Positions 63,001 to 64,000 of a stretch of DNA of 64,000 bases are shown here, piece after piece (position 1 is the stretch's first letter; each line of letters opens with the position of its first letter). Source of the DNA: Felis catus (Eukaryota); NCBI RefSeq assembly GCF_018350175.1, contig NC_058368.1, positions 203,796,001 through 203,860,000 of the forward strand, in the 5' to 3' direction. The position numbers and the translations under genes were made by a program. The notes beneath the pieces were generated by a model, which saw nothing but the letters and a program-made list of their open reading frames with translations, made no database searches and was not told where the DNA came from.

Positions 63001-63611
63001 GATTCAGAGAATAACATTACTGCAACCAGGGATTTCCCTTGGTATTTCACACAGAATCATGTACATAATTGACCCTAACTAAATACATGTTGTCTAAATA
63101 AAAATGGTCTATATATTTGGGCAAATATTTCTTGTTATACTTCCCAAAAATTTAATTTGAAAAGGAGTTCATTTTTCAACAGAAAGATAGTTTTGGAAAT
63201 AGGTCAAACAATGAGAGAAATGGGGACATTTTTCCTCCTCTTATTCAGAGAACCCACAATTAGTGGAGAGAGTCAAATCAACTCATCACATTTTTATTGT
63301 GTCCCCACGATGCTCCCAAGCATCTGCTAGAGTAAACACCCCTTCTCATTAGGGTTTTTCCAAACCATCTCTTCATGGCTGGATCCAAAATTTAGCAAAA
63401 TTCCAAAGAACTCCCCAATAGTTCCAAGAAGCTATGGGAAAGATAATAGATAAATGAGGCTAGAAGTACAGTTTTAACATCACACAAAATTAGTGGAGCC
63501 TTGGCTTTGTCATACATCAACAATGAAAAAGTTGCCTAACCTCTATAATTCTCATTTCCTCATTCATAAATTAGGATTAATAATAGTAACTACCTGTTAG
63601 GATTTCTTTCT

Positions 63612-63843
63612 TTTTTTTTTTTTTTTAATTTTTTTTCAACGTTTTTTATTTATTTTTGGGACAGAGAGAGACAGAGCATGAACGGGGGAGGGGCAGAGAG
63701 AGAGGGAGACACAAAATCGGAAACAGGCTCCAGGCTCCGAGCCATCAGCCCAGAGCCTGACGCGGGGCTGGAACTCACGGACCGCGAGATCATGACCTGG
63801 CTGAAGTCGCGACGCTTAACCAACTGCGCCACCCAGGCGCCCC
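63612..63843 (-). mobile_element. Very young felid Can-SINE inserted into a MIR relic
   Basis: Young-subfamily diagnostics, CpG-rich; TSD taggatttctttctt / taggatttatttctt. Confidence 0.97.
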
Positions 63844-64000
63844 TAGGATTTATTTCTTAAAAAAAAAAAAAAACATGTTAAGTACTTAATGCTTCAAACA
63901 TAAAAGGAACTCAGTATATGGTAGTTAGATGATGCTGATGATTAATTATCACTGTTATTACAACTATACTATTCTCTTCCAACAACTCTAGGCAATTCTA

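Overview
Mammalian genomic DNA, almost certainly felid, judged by about 33 tRNA-derived Can-SINEs that include the young cat-type subfamily. The window is AT-rich and repeat-dense, and I recognise no host protein-coding exon, rRNA, functional tRNA or CRISPR array. It holds Can-SINEs (several nested, with target-site duplications, TSDs), degraded and internally deleted L1s, an ERVL-class (LTR16-type) proviral remnant with readable gag, an ERVL pol-like fragment, MaLR and other solo LTRs, hAT DNA-transposon fossils, MIR/L2 relics and microsatellites. The + bias of L1s and LTRs, and two candidate minus-strand exons with good splice sites but stops in all frames (13029-13170, 42473-42553), suggest an intron of an unidentified minus-strand transcript. 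The most unusual features seen directly are locally templated rearrangements: a perfect 27+1+27 bp palindrome inside a SINE, a 24-nt copy of unique DNA from about 900 bp away inside another SINE, flank-copy insertions, and a mixed direct/inverted duplication. There is also a 14-bp inverted repeat that would mask the splice acceptor of one candidate exon. I do not see evidence for a new gene system. Repeat family names come from recalled consensus sequences, not a database search, and boundaries of old elements are approximate.
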